DNA of 64,000 nucleotides from Escherichia coli (GTDB lineage Bacteria; Pseudomonadota; Gammaproteobacteria; Enterobacterales; Enterobacteriaceae): NCBI RefSeq assembly GCF_044324785.1, contig NZ_CP172127.1; one strand, 5' to 3'. Shown piece by piece: positions 55,804 to 64,000 of this stretch (position 1 is its first letter; each line of letters starts with the position of its first letter). The notes under the pieces were generated by a model. It saw only the letters and a program-made list of their open reading frames with translations, ran no database searches and was not told where the DNA came from. The position numbers and the translations under genes were made by a program.

Positions 55804-56129
55804 TGGCCTCAAAGCAGCAAATTTCAACATCGTCCAACTGGGGTGTAAAAATGTTCAGAATCATTTTTCCTAACACCTGGTACGTCGACCACCACGGCAC
55901 TCCCTGCAAAATCCTGCGTTCTACCCACAACAAAGTTCACTACATCCGAAAAGGCAGAACATGTATCGCCAGCATGTTCCGCTTTAATCATGACTTTGAA
56001 CCTGTGAATAAAGCTGATGCAGATCGGATAGCAGAAGAGATCGAAACGGCAGAACACATTAAGAAGTTACGTGACATGCGTTCAAAAAGCAGAGGTAACC
56101 ATGGAATCATACAGCCTCACACTCGATGA
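55791..56129 (+). CDS. Hypothetical phage protein
   Basis: 112-aa ORF upstream of xis. Confidence 0.4.
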   Translation: MGTVMASKQQISTSSNWGVKMFRIIFPNTWYVDHHGTPCKILRSTHNKVHYIRKGRTCIASMFRFNHDFEPVNKADADRIAEEIETAEHIKKLRDMRSKSRGNHGIIQPHTR

Positions 56130-56472
56130 GGCCTGTCAGTTTCTTAAGATATCCAGACAAACCGCCACCAACTGGATACGAACAGGCCGCCTACAGGCAA
56201 CACGTAAAGATCCAACCAAGCCAAAATCTCCTTACCTCACAACACGGCAAGCCTGCATTGCGGCGCTTCAGTCTCCGCTGCATACTGTCCAGGTGAGCGC
56301 GGGTGATGGCATAACAGAGGAAAGAAAATGTCACTCTTCCGCAGAAATGAAATATGGTATGCCTCGTATTCGCTCCCGGGCGGGAAACGAATTAAGGAAT
56401 CTCTTGGCACAAAGGACAAGCGGCAAGCTCAGGAGTTGCACGACAAGCGAAAAGCAGAACTCTGGCGAGTAG
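56101..56472 (+). CDS. xis: Excisionase-like DNA-binding protein (Xis); 3' end overlaps int
   Basis: ORF 56071..56472; start at [31 protein letters not shown]… (HTH); unusually long overlap with int suggests a 3' frameshift or extension. Confidence 0.45.
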   Translation: MESYSLTLDEACQFLKISRQTATNWIRTGRLQATRKDPTKPKSPYLTTRQACIAALQSPLHTVQVSAGDGITEERKCHSSAEMKYGMPRIRSRAGNELRNLLAQRTSGKLRSCTTSEKQNSGE

Positions 56473-57491
56473 AAAAGCTAGGGGATTTACCTGATGTCAC
56501 TTTTGAAGAGGCCTGCCTAAGATGGCTTGAGGAAAAAGCTGATAAAAAATCTCTCGATTCAGATAAAAGCCGGATTGAGTTCTGGCTTGAACATTTTGAG
56601 GGTATAAGGCTTAAAGATATCTCGGAGGCAAAGATTTACTCTGCTGTAAGCAGAATGCATAACAGAAAGACGAAAGAAATATGGAAACAGAAAGTTCAGG
56701 CCGCCATCAGGAAAGGTAAAGAACCGCCTGTTTATGAACCAAAGCCAGTATCAACTCAGACAAAGGCAAAGCATCTTGCCATGATAAAGGCCATTCTCCG
56801 TGCTGCAGAACGCGACTGGAAGTGGCTGGAAAAAGCGCCTGTCATCAAGATACCAGCGGTCAGAAACAAGCGAGTCAGATGGCTGGAAAAGGAGGAAGCA
56901 AAACGCCTTATTGATGAGTGCCCCGAACCACTGAAATCTGTCGTCAAGTTTGCGCTGGCAACTGGTCTGAGAAAGTCGAACATCATAAATCTGGAATGGC
57001 AACAAATCGACATGCAGCGACGAGTTGCCTGGGTGAATCCAGAAGAGAGCAAATCAAACCGCGCCATTGGTGTGGCGCTGAACGATACCGCCTGTAAAGT
57101 GTTGCGTGATCAAATAGGCAAGCATCACAAATGGGTGTTTGTACATACCAAGGCGGCTAAGCGAGCAGATGGAACATCAACGCCTGCGGTCAGGAAGATG
57201 CGCATCGACAGCAAGACATCATGGCTATCAGCTTGTCGTCGTGCAGGAATTGAAGATTTCCGTTTCCATGACCTCAGACACACCTGGGCAAGCTGGCTGA
57301 TCCAGTCAGGCGTCCCATTATCAGTGCTTCAGGAAATGGGCGGATGGGAGTCCATAGAAATGGTTCGTAGGTATGCTCACCTTGCGCCTAATCATTTGAC
57401 AGAGCATGCAAGGAAAATAGACGACATTTTTGGTGATAATGTCCCAAATATGTCCCACTGTGGAATTATGGAGGATATAAAGAAGGCGTAA
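56328..57491 (+). CDS. int: Tyrosine-type phage integrase (IntD-like)
   Basis: 387-aa ORF; C-terminal catalytic region (…[11 protein letters not shown]…RRYAHLAP…); ends 15 nt before tRNA-Arg. Confidence 0.9.
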   Translation: MSLFRRNEIWYASYSLPGGKRIKESLGTKDKRQAQELHDKRKAELWRVEKLGDLPDVTFEEACLRWLEEKADKKSLDSDKSRIEFWLEHFEGIRLKDISEAKIYSAVSRMHNRKTKEIWKQKVQAAIRKGKEPPVYEPKPVSTQTKAKHLAMIKAILRAAERDWKWLEKAPVIKIPAVRNKRVRWLEKEEAKRLIDECPEPLKSVVKFALATGLRKSNIINLEWQQIDMQRRVAWVNPEESKSNRAIGVALNDTACKVLRDQIGKHHKWVFVHTKAAKRADGTSTPAVRKMRIDSKTSWLSACRRAGIEDFRFHDLRHTWASWLIQSGVPLSVLQEMGGWESIEMVRRYAHLAPNHLTEHARKIDDIFGDNVPNMSHCGIMEDIKKA

Positions 57492-57506
57492 CTGATTGAA
57501 TTGTAA

Positions 57507-57583
57507 TGGCGCGCCCTGCAGGATTCGAACCTGCGGCCCACGACTTAGAAGGTCGTTGCTCTATCCAACTGAGCTAAGGGCGC
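57507..57583 (-). tRNA. argU: tRNA-Arg (anticodon UCU), argU-type; prophage integration target
   Basis: Reverse complement reads GCGCCCTTAGCTCAGTTGGATAGAGCAACGACCTTCTAAGTCGTGGGCCGCAGGTTCGAATCCTGCAGGGCGCGCCA: cloverleaf-compatible, TCT anticodon, 3' CCA. Confidence 0.9.
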
Positions 57584-57825
57584 GTTGATACCGCAATGCG
57601 GTGTAATCGCGTGAATTATACGGTCAACCCTTGCTGAGTCAATGGCTTTTGATCTGGTTGCTGAACAAGTGAACGACCGCGTCTGATTTTCTGATTTATT
57701 TCGCTATAGCGGCAAACAAACGTACACCGCTGCGCGTCTGAATCAAGAAAACCCGTATTTTCATGTATCAAAGTACAATTTCCCGACCTAACGGAAAATT
57801 GTCCGATCCAATGAGACTGGTAACT

Positions 57826-58458
57826 ATGAAACCAACGTCGGTGATCATTATGGATACTCATCCTATCATCAGAATGTCTATTGAAGTTCTGTTGCAAAAA
57901 AACAGTGAATTGCAAATTGTCCTGAAAACGGATGATTATCGCATAACCATCGATTATCTCCGAACCCGTCCTGTTGATTTAATCATTATGGATATAGACT
58001 TGCCCGGAACAGACGGTTTTACCTTCCTGAAAAGGATCAAACAAATCCAGAGCACAGTGAAAGTATTATTTTTATCATCGAAATCAGAATGCTTTTATGC
58101 TGGCAGAGCGATACAAGCTGGTGCTAACGGTTTTGTCAGTAAATGCAATGATCAGAATGATATTTTTCACGCCGTTCAGATGATCCTCTCCGGATACACT
58201 TTTTTTCCCAGCGAAACGCTCAACTATATAAAAAGCAATAAATGCAGTACGAATAGTTCAACGGTCACGGTGCTATCTAATCGTGAAGTGACCATATTAC
58301 GTTATCTGGTTAGCGGATTATCCAATAAAGAAATTGCCGATAAGTTATTACTTAGCAATAAAACAGTTAGTGCGCATAAATCTAATATTTATGGCAAGCT
58401 AGGTTTGCATTCAATTGTAGAGCTTATCGACTACGCCAAATTATATGAATTAATATAA
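57826..58458 (+). CDS. fimZ: Fimbrial response regulator FimZ (LuxR-type)
   Basis: ORF 57763..58458; start at MKPTSVIIMDTHPI… (210 aa); receiver domain plus LuxR HTH. Confidence 0.9.
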   Translation: MKPTSVIIMDTHPIIRMSIEVLLQKNSELQIVLKTDDYRITIDYLRTRPVDLIIMDIDLPGTDGFTFLKRIKQIQSTVKVLFLSSKSECFYAGRAIQAGANGFVSKCNDQNDIFHAVQMILSGYTFFPSETLNYIKSNKCSTNSSTVTVLSNREVTILRYLVSGLSNKEIADKLLLSNKTVSAHKSNIYGKLGLHSIVELIDYAKLYELI

Positions 58459-58460
58459 TA

Positions 58461-58976
58461 TTAATTATAATTGATCATAAATATCGCATCCGCTTTCGCC
58501 ACACCTGGCTGAACACCGCTGGCTAACGCTCGATAATTGGCAAAAAAGTTTAGTGTGACATTGCCATTTGCATCTACTTCCTCAGTCGGGCTCGCCTCCC
58601 CCAGTGCGAGCCGGGAGCGATCGCTATTACGTAATTCGATGGCGACGGTTTGTGCCATTGCGGGATCATCCAGAGCCAGCAGATTGGTATCGGATGCCGG
58701 CGTACCCGTAAATAAAATCGCGACTGAACCCGGAGGACATCCCTCCAGCCGCAGGCTAAAAGGGACGAGTGCCGTGGTATCGCCAGCGGTCAGTAGTTGT
58801 GTCGTAGGCCATCTGCCTAAATCTACCGTCTTATCCTTATCCGCTGTGTTTACGGTACAGGAGAAATCAACAACGTTACCGTGCAAATTGATATTAATCG
58901 TTCCTAAAGGGTCAACTGCCCATCCACTGGAACTCCACAGTAACCCGCAGAAACAGCTAAAGAGTACTCTTCTCAT
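58461..58976 (-). CDS. sfmF: Fimbrial minor subunit SfmF
   Basis: ORF 58461..59171; start at MRRVLFSCFCGLLWSSSGWA… (171 aa). Confidence 0.85.
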   Translation of the reverse strand: MRRVLFSCFCGLLWSSSGWAVDPLGTININLHGNVVDFSCTVNTADKDKTVDLGRWPTTQLLTAGDTTALVPFSLRLEGCPPGSVAILFTGTPASDTNLLALDDPAMAQTVAIELRNSDRSRLALGEASPTEEVDANGNVTLNFFANYRALASGVQPGVAKADAIFMINYN

Positions 58977-58986
58977 TCTCCGTACC

Positions 58987-59994
58987 TCATTGATAATCGA
59001 CGCGTAAATACCCCAGCGCGCTAAACGGCCCCTCGGTCGGTTTTTGACCGGTAATACTGATAGGCCAGGCGCGAAGTGTGACATTGGCTGCCGCAGCTGC
59101 ATCCAGACGGAAAGGAATAACGCTATTGAGATCGTTAGGCGTGATCGGCGTATCGTTCTGATCGGCGACAATAAAGCCTAAATCCTGATTGTCCGACACC
59201 ATCGCCTGACCAGAAACGGCACTGGCTTCCAGACGCATTGTTAAATAAGCCTGCGCAGCAACATTCGTACATTTGACCGCAATGCTCTTGGTTTGCGGCA
59301 TGACACCAGCAGGTCGATTACCCGGCCCTGCCGCACTAAATAACGATGCGCCGATATCACCAAAATCAAATTCAACAATCTGCCCGGCATTTAATTCGCA
59401 GTTTTGCGGTACTTCAACCCGGCCACCAAAACTAATGGTATAAACAGGTGTAACCAACGGATCGTAAGGCGTTGATGTCACATACACGGTAAACATCACC
59501 TGTCTGGGGATCTCCACCATGTTAATAAAGGGCCGAATAACCTTTAAACGAAATATCAAACGAGAATCCATCACCCCGAACGGAAGGTTTTGCGAAACGT
59601 TAGGATCTGTTCCCATACGAATATAATTTTGCGGGGGAAATTGAATATCCATCACGCTATCAACCAGACTCATCGCACCTAATAGATAATCATTTAATTG
59701 CATATATTTATAATTATCGATAGTTTCCTGAACAATAAAGTTGGTGACATAACTACGGTATGTATAATTCACCAGCGTGCCGGGTGGACAAATTGCTGAC
59801 ACACCTACCCAGCCGGATTTTTCCGGTAAAACAACAATCTGCCCTGGCTGGTTATTGGTGCTATTAAAGACATTTGAGAGATCATAGTGTTCATCTTCTG
59901 CTACGCCAGTACTATTTGCACAAACAGTAGCCCAGGATATGTTTGCCAGACACAAACATGCCATTGCCAATAATAATCTGCAGATTATCTTCAT
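58987..59994 (-). CDS. sfmH: Fimbrial adhesin-like protein SfmH
   Basis: 335-aa ORF with signal peptide, FimH-like two-domain adhesin; sfm operon synteny. Confidence 0.85.
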   Translation of the reverse strand: MKIICRLLLAMACLCLANISWATVCANSTGVAEDEHYDLSNVFNSTNNQPGQIVVLPEKSGWVGVSAICPPGTLVNYTYRSYVTNFIVQETIDNYKYMQLNDYLLGAMSLVDSVMDIQFPPQNYIRMGTDPNVSQNLPFGVMDSRLIFRLKVIRPFINMVEIPRQVMFTVYVTSTPYDPLVTPVYTISFGGRVEVPQNCELNAGQIVEFDFGDIGASLFSAAGPGNRPAGVMPQTKSIAVKCTNVAAQAYLTMRLEASAVSGQAMVSDNQDLGFIVADQNDTPITPNDLNSVIPFRLDAAAAANVTLRAWPISITGQKPTEGPFSALGYLRVDYQ

Positions 59995-60006
59995 TGATAA
60001 TTTCCT

Positions 60007-62616
60007 TTATGAGCCAGGATGTGTGCAAACTGCCGAAATAACAGTGACGGCTTGCTGTAAGCTTTGCTTCGGCAATACATAGTGCGCAATGCAGCGTGAG
60101 TTCGCGCCGTCTCCCCACTGAACCAGTAATTCACCAGACAATGGCGCACCACTTAAATAAACTTGCCCGTCATCACCCACCATACTGGTTATTCCGGTAC
60201 TGTTTTCCCGTACCAGTGATCCAAACGGCACCGGTTTTCCGCCCTGGGTAACGGTAATGAGCGCCCGCACGCCTATGCGGGTATCAAAATTGGCACGAAC
60301 CAACGCGCCTTGCGTCGGCACAACGCTGCTAATATTTTTTTCAACATCGATGGAATTCCCCATCGTATTGGTATCAAGCGCGATACGGTTATACCGATAA
60401 ACCGTGGCATACGGCATCACCGCATAGCCGCGCCAGTCGGTTAAAATTCCAGTTTGATTTTCAATGCGTACACCGCCTGCGCCTGGCGCTTTAATCAAAA
60501 CATTGGTATCCCCTAAAGGCTGGCTCAGCGTTATGCCATTTTCATGTCCGACCACACCGCCAGACAGCTGCCAGTTAACGTCATGTTGATCGCGGTCGTA
60601 GTTATACCCGACCCCCAGCGTACCGTAAGTGGCCTGCCAGTTTGCCGTAGCGCTGCCCGTATACCCATTATTCGAGGTATCGCCCTGGCTTACGTGATAA
60701 CTCAGGTTGTGGCCTTCCAGTAAGGTCCCACCTACACCTGCCAGCCAGCTATTTTGCCCGTTGCTGTTACGGTTGGCGTTAAAGGAGGCATAAGCGCGGT
60801 CGAGCGCATTTTCCCGGGTGTAGCGACGTTTGGTCAGAACATTGAAAGGCACTGAAACATTAAGTCCGACAATACGTTCGTTATCGGGGATCCCTACAGA
60901 TTCATTCCACGAAAATGAGAGTGAATAACTGATGCCAACCCAGCTGCTGGTATACCCCACCTGATACCAGGTATCTGAATCCGAAGTATTCCAGTATTTT
61001 TGATGGGTACCAGAAATATAAAGCGAGCCAAAGTCATTAAGTGATTGTGAAATATTTAACTGCAAACGGTCTTTACGGCTAAAGCGTAAATTGTGGTAAT
61101 TCACGATTATCGGTTCATCGCGATGCTCACCGTCATAATCGTAATCATATTCGTACCCCTCCATACGACGATACGCAACATCATCAAGGGTATAAAAACC
61201 TTGTGTCGAATAGCGGTAACCCATTAACTGAAAATTGGTGCCGAAAGTGTTCATTGATTTCGCATAGAGGAAGCGAATGGAATCCCCCTCATGACGACTG
61301 TCGTCGGCTAACTGACTGCGCGCATGCGTTACATCCAGCGACACTGCGCCCCAGTTCCCGAGGTTGCGCCCCAGCCCTAACAAAAAGGCGGTGTAATTGG
61401 CAGATAATTGCGTCCCGCCGTAGGCAGTAAATTCCTGTGGTAAACCGCCGAGTGCCGTGCCCTGAAAAAAGAAAGGCGACGATTGCTGACTATTACCGCT
61501 ACGAAAATCGCCCGCCGTCAGGTCAAATTTGAAACGCCCTTCGCGTTGTAAAATTGGCACTGTTGAATACGGAATAGTGTAATTCTGCTGATTACCATCG
61601 CGCTCGTCGATGGTGACGTCCAGATCGCCATTTGAAGATGTCGGGTGCAAATCTGTAATTTCAAAAGCGCCGGGGGAAACATAGCTTTGATAGATAATAA
61701 AACCATTTTGCCGAATCGTTAGCTGGGCCGCCGTACGGGCAATCCCACGTACCGTTGGGGCAAACCCTTGCTGGCTATCAGGATACATATTATCGGAAGA
61801 ATAAAGCCGTACACCTCGAAATCCGACGCCATCGAAAATATCACTCCCTGTATTACCGTCTCCCATTACCAGTTCACTTTTCAGCGGAATAATGGCGCGC
61901 TGTACCCAGGTGCCAATATTATTCCACTGTTCTGAATGATATCCATTTCCGCGAAAATAGTTCCAGGAACCATTGTTGCGTAAACGCCACGGGCCAATAT
62001 TAATCCCGCTGAGTTCACTAAAAAAATAGCTATCGTTACCATTACCTCTGTTACCGGTGAAATTATAATTCAGGAGTAAAGCAGGAATACCTTCATCCCA
62101 CTCTTCAGGCGGAATGTAACCGTGAGCGCTACTCAACAACGCTATCTGAGGAATAGTGATGTTCAGGCGCATCGCTGCAAAATCAAAGTTAATTGTGGCA
62201 TCAGGTACAGCTTTCAGTAAATTGATGCATTTATTATTTTGCTGCAGGGCTAACTCGGGGAATGCACTGCTATTAAGGCCAATTCGTTCAAGGAGTGCCT
62301 GGTTAAAACAAGGCATTAACCCACCTGATTTATCACCTGTATTTACTGTCGTCGATTCAAATACGATATCCTGTGAACCAATGAACTCATCATTACGCCA
62401 GAGATCCACCCGATACACACCCGCAGGTTGATGATTACCTCTCTCAAAGCGCGATAAATCAGCAACGGATGTGCCATTCTCTAATAAAAATGCCGGGTTG
62501 AAATAACTTTCCGCATAGCTTAAAAAGGAGGGTAAAATGGCAAGAGATGAATAACAAATTCCGGCCAGACACCAGCTATACCTCTGCGGAATATCCGTAG
62601 TAGTGGGTATTTTCAT
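60007..62616 (-). CDS. sfmD: Fimbrial outer-membrane usher SfmD
   Basis: 869-aa ORF of the chaperone-usher usher family. Confidence 0.9.
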   Translation of the reverse strand: MKIPTTTDIPQRYSWCLAGICYSSLAILPSFLSYAESYFNPAFLLENGTSVADLSRFERGNHQPAGVYRVDLWRNDEFIGSQDIVFESTTVNTGDKSGGLMPCFNQALLERIGLNSSAFPELALQQNNKCINLLKAVPDATINFDFAAMRLNITIPQIALLSSAHGYIPPEEWDEGIPALLLNYNFTGNRGNGNDSYFFSELSGINIGPWRLRNNGSWNYFRGNGYHSEQWNNIGTWVQRAIIPLKSELVMGDGNTGSDIFDGVGFRGVRLYSSDNMYPDSQQGFAPTVRGIARTAAQLTIRQNGFIIYQSYVSPGAFEITDLHPTSSNGDLDVTIDERDGNQQNYTIPYSTVPILQREGRFKFDLTAGDFRSGNSQQSSPFFFQGTALGGLPQEFTAYGGTQLSANYTAFLLGLGRNLGNWGAVSLDVTHARSQLADDSRHEGDSIRFLYAKSMNTFGTNFQLMGYRYSTQGFYTLDDVAYRRMEGYEYDYDYDGEHRDEPIIVNYHNLRFSRKDRLQLNISQSLNDFGSLYISGTHQKYWNTSDSDTWYQVGYTSSWVGISYSLSFSWNESVGIPDNERIVGLNVSVPFNVLTKRRYTRENALDRAYASFNANRNSNGQNSWLAGVGGTLLEGHNLSYHVSQGDTSNNGYTGSATANWQATYGTLGVGYNYDRDQHDVNWQLSGGVVGHENGITLSQPLGDTNVLIKAPGAGGVRIENQTGILTDWRGYAVMPYATVYRYNRIALDTNTMGNSIDVEKNISSVVPTQGALVRANFDTRIGVRALITVTQGGKPVPFGSLVRENSTGITSMVGDDGQVYLSGAPLSGELLVQWGDGANSRCIAHYVLPKQSLQQAVTVISAVCTHPGS

Positions 62617-62646
62617 AATTAGCTCTGATATTGTCAGATGATTCGG

Positions 62647-63339
62647 TTAGTTTAAGTTCACTTCTCTGACCGGGGTTACTGAACCATAATCATTAACGGT
62701 CTGAAATTTCAGCTTTCCCTGCACTCCTGAGGGTAAGGGAATTTGTGAATTAACTCTGGGTGCAGCCATAGCATTCCCCAGTTTTTGGCTGCCCACTTGC
62801 AGGTTAACCAGGGTGACATAAAAAGGTGATGGATTATGAACATTGATATAGTTACCGGATCGCGAAAACTTGAGTGTGTCCGGCGCTTCTGCGGGTAATT
62901 CTTGTAGTTGAATTGGACGGAGAAATAACTTCATGCGCGATAAAATCGCCAGTTGCAAAACATTCCTGCCGTTCAATGCATTTTTATCTACCGAAGGGAT
63001 CGTCTTAACATTCATCCAGAACAGAGACTCACGATCTGCCGCCAGCGGTGGACCGGTGTAAATAATACGCAAAGTATTTTCGCTTTTGGGTTCACTAACA
63101 AACAGTGGCGGTGTAATGATGAATGACTTTTCTTTTACACCGCTGCTGTTTTCAATCCACGAGTTGACCAGAAAACGCTCATTGGTATGGCTATTTCTAA
63201 TCCATACCGCAGTCTGTTTAGCATCAGCGGGATAAATAATACGCGTGGCACCTAATGCGATCCCTCCGGCAGCATGGGCGCTGGCCGAAATGATTAAATA
63301 AAATATAATGAGCATCAATAACTTTATTTTAGTCATCAT
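62647..63339 (-). CDS. sfmC: Fimbrial periplasmic chaperone SfmC
   Basis: 230-aa ORF with signal peptide, PapD-like chaperone. Confidence 0.9.
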   Translation of the reverse strand: MMTKIKLLMLIIFYLIISASAHAAGGIALGATRIIYPADAKQTAVWIRNSHTNERFLVNSWIENSSGVKEKSFIITPPLFVSEPKSENTLRIIYTGPPLAADRESLFWMNVKTIPSVDKNALNGRNVLQLAILSRMKLFLRPIQLQELPAEAPDTLKFSRSGNYINVHNPSPFYVTLVNLQVGSQKLGNAMAAPRVNSQIPLPSGVQGKLKFQTVNDYGSVTPVREVNLN

Positions 63340-63558
63340 AGTTAATACGCCTTGTGTATTCCTGACGGCAAAAATAAGAAATATAAAGAAATGATTGCTT
63401 TGGTTTCTTACAACACATCATTCCCTTTTCATTTAATAAAGCGGCATGATACAAAGTGAACATGATTTCGATTTACATTGCCACCATACCGCTTCAGACA
63501 ACCGGTACATTACTTTGTTATAAGACGTGATATATAATTCAAAACAACGTGGTTTTGA

Positions 63559-64000
63559 TTATTCGTATCTCATAATAAAAGTCGCGTCAGCATTTGCTTG
63601 CCCTGCTGATGCACTTGTACCGGTGCCTTTATAACGTGCAGAAAAATGAAGAACGTTGGTCCCGGGGATCAAGTTCTGGTTGGTTGAGAAGCTATTCCCA
63701 TCAGGTTTGAGAATTGCGGATGTATTATCAAGTATTTCAATACCGACACCCGTTGCTGTTGTTGTATTGGTACTGGATGCAATGGCCAATAAATTATCAT
63801 TGATTGCATCCGCCTGACCAGAAAATGCAACGGCAGCATTAGCGGCAACAACAGGATCGCAGTCGTTCAACTGAATGGTGAATGGAATTAATGCAGAGGT
63901 ATTACCAACAGCATTGAAAATATCGGTACGATATTGACCGAGTGTGACAACCTGGTCTGCCGAGTCAGTATTCACTGAACAGGCAGCATTCACCAGTTCG
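63559..64000 (-). CDS. sfmA: Type 1-like fimbrial major subunit SfmA (5' end beyond window)
   Basis: Open frame to the window edge; C-terminal fimbrin motif (…ATFIMRYE). Confidence 0.8.
   Translation of the reverse strand, partial: ELVNAACSVNTDSADQVVTLGQYRTDIFNAVGNTSALIPFTIQLNDCDPVVAANAAVAFSGQADAINDNLLAIASSTNTTTATGVGIEILDNTSAILKPDGNSFSTNQNLIPGTNVLHFSARYKGTGTSASAGQANADATFIMRYE

Overview
Enterobacterial (E. coli-type) chromosomal segment read from sequence alone. Left flank: an IS transposase fragment, then nfrB-nfrA-ybcH-envY. A 47-bp direct repeat (7578-7624 and 57505-57551; the second copy is the 3' part of a minus-strand tRNA-Arg) brackets about 50 kb containing ompT, a SAM-methyltransferase, a yciG-yciF-yciE-katN-like stress operon, and an apparently complete lambda-like prophage. 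The prophage runs tfa/stf/lom, J through Nu1 (proteins near-identical to lambda), cos, bor, a Rz/Rz1-endolysin-pinholin lysis cassette, Q, a nin region (rusA, ybcO, ninE, ybcN) with cargo ybcM/ybcL/ybcK/emrE, ren-P-O with ori iterons, a YdaT-like/Cro-like/CI immunity region, gam-bet-exo and xis-int. Right flank: fimZ and the sfmF-H-D-C-A fimbrial operon. The best candidate for an undescribed system is a two-gene module (acidic 87-aa protein plus coiled-coil membrane protein) between cI and the early-left promoter, the position lambda uses for rexAB. Other unexplained content is the cargo between Q and the lysis genes (DUF523-like gene, Blc-like lipocalin, frameshifted AraC regulator) and a structured leader ahead of a possible N-like ORF. 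All protein identifications are from recall of known sequences, not database searches.
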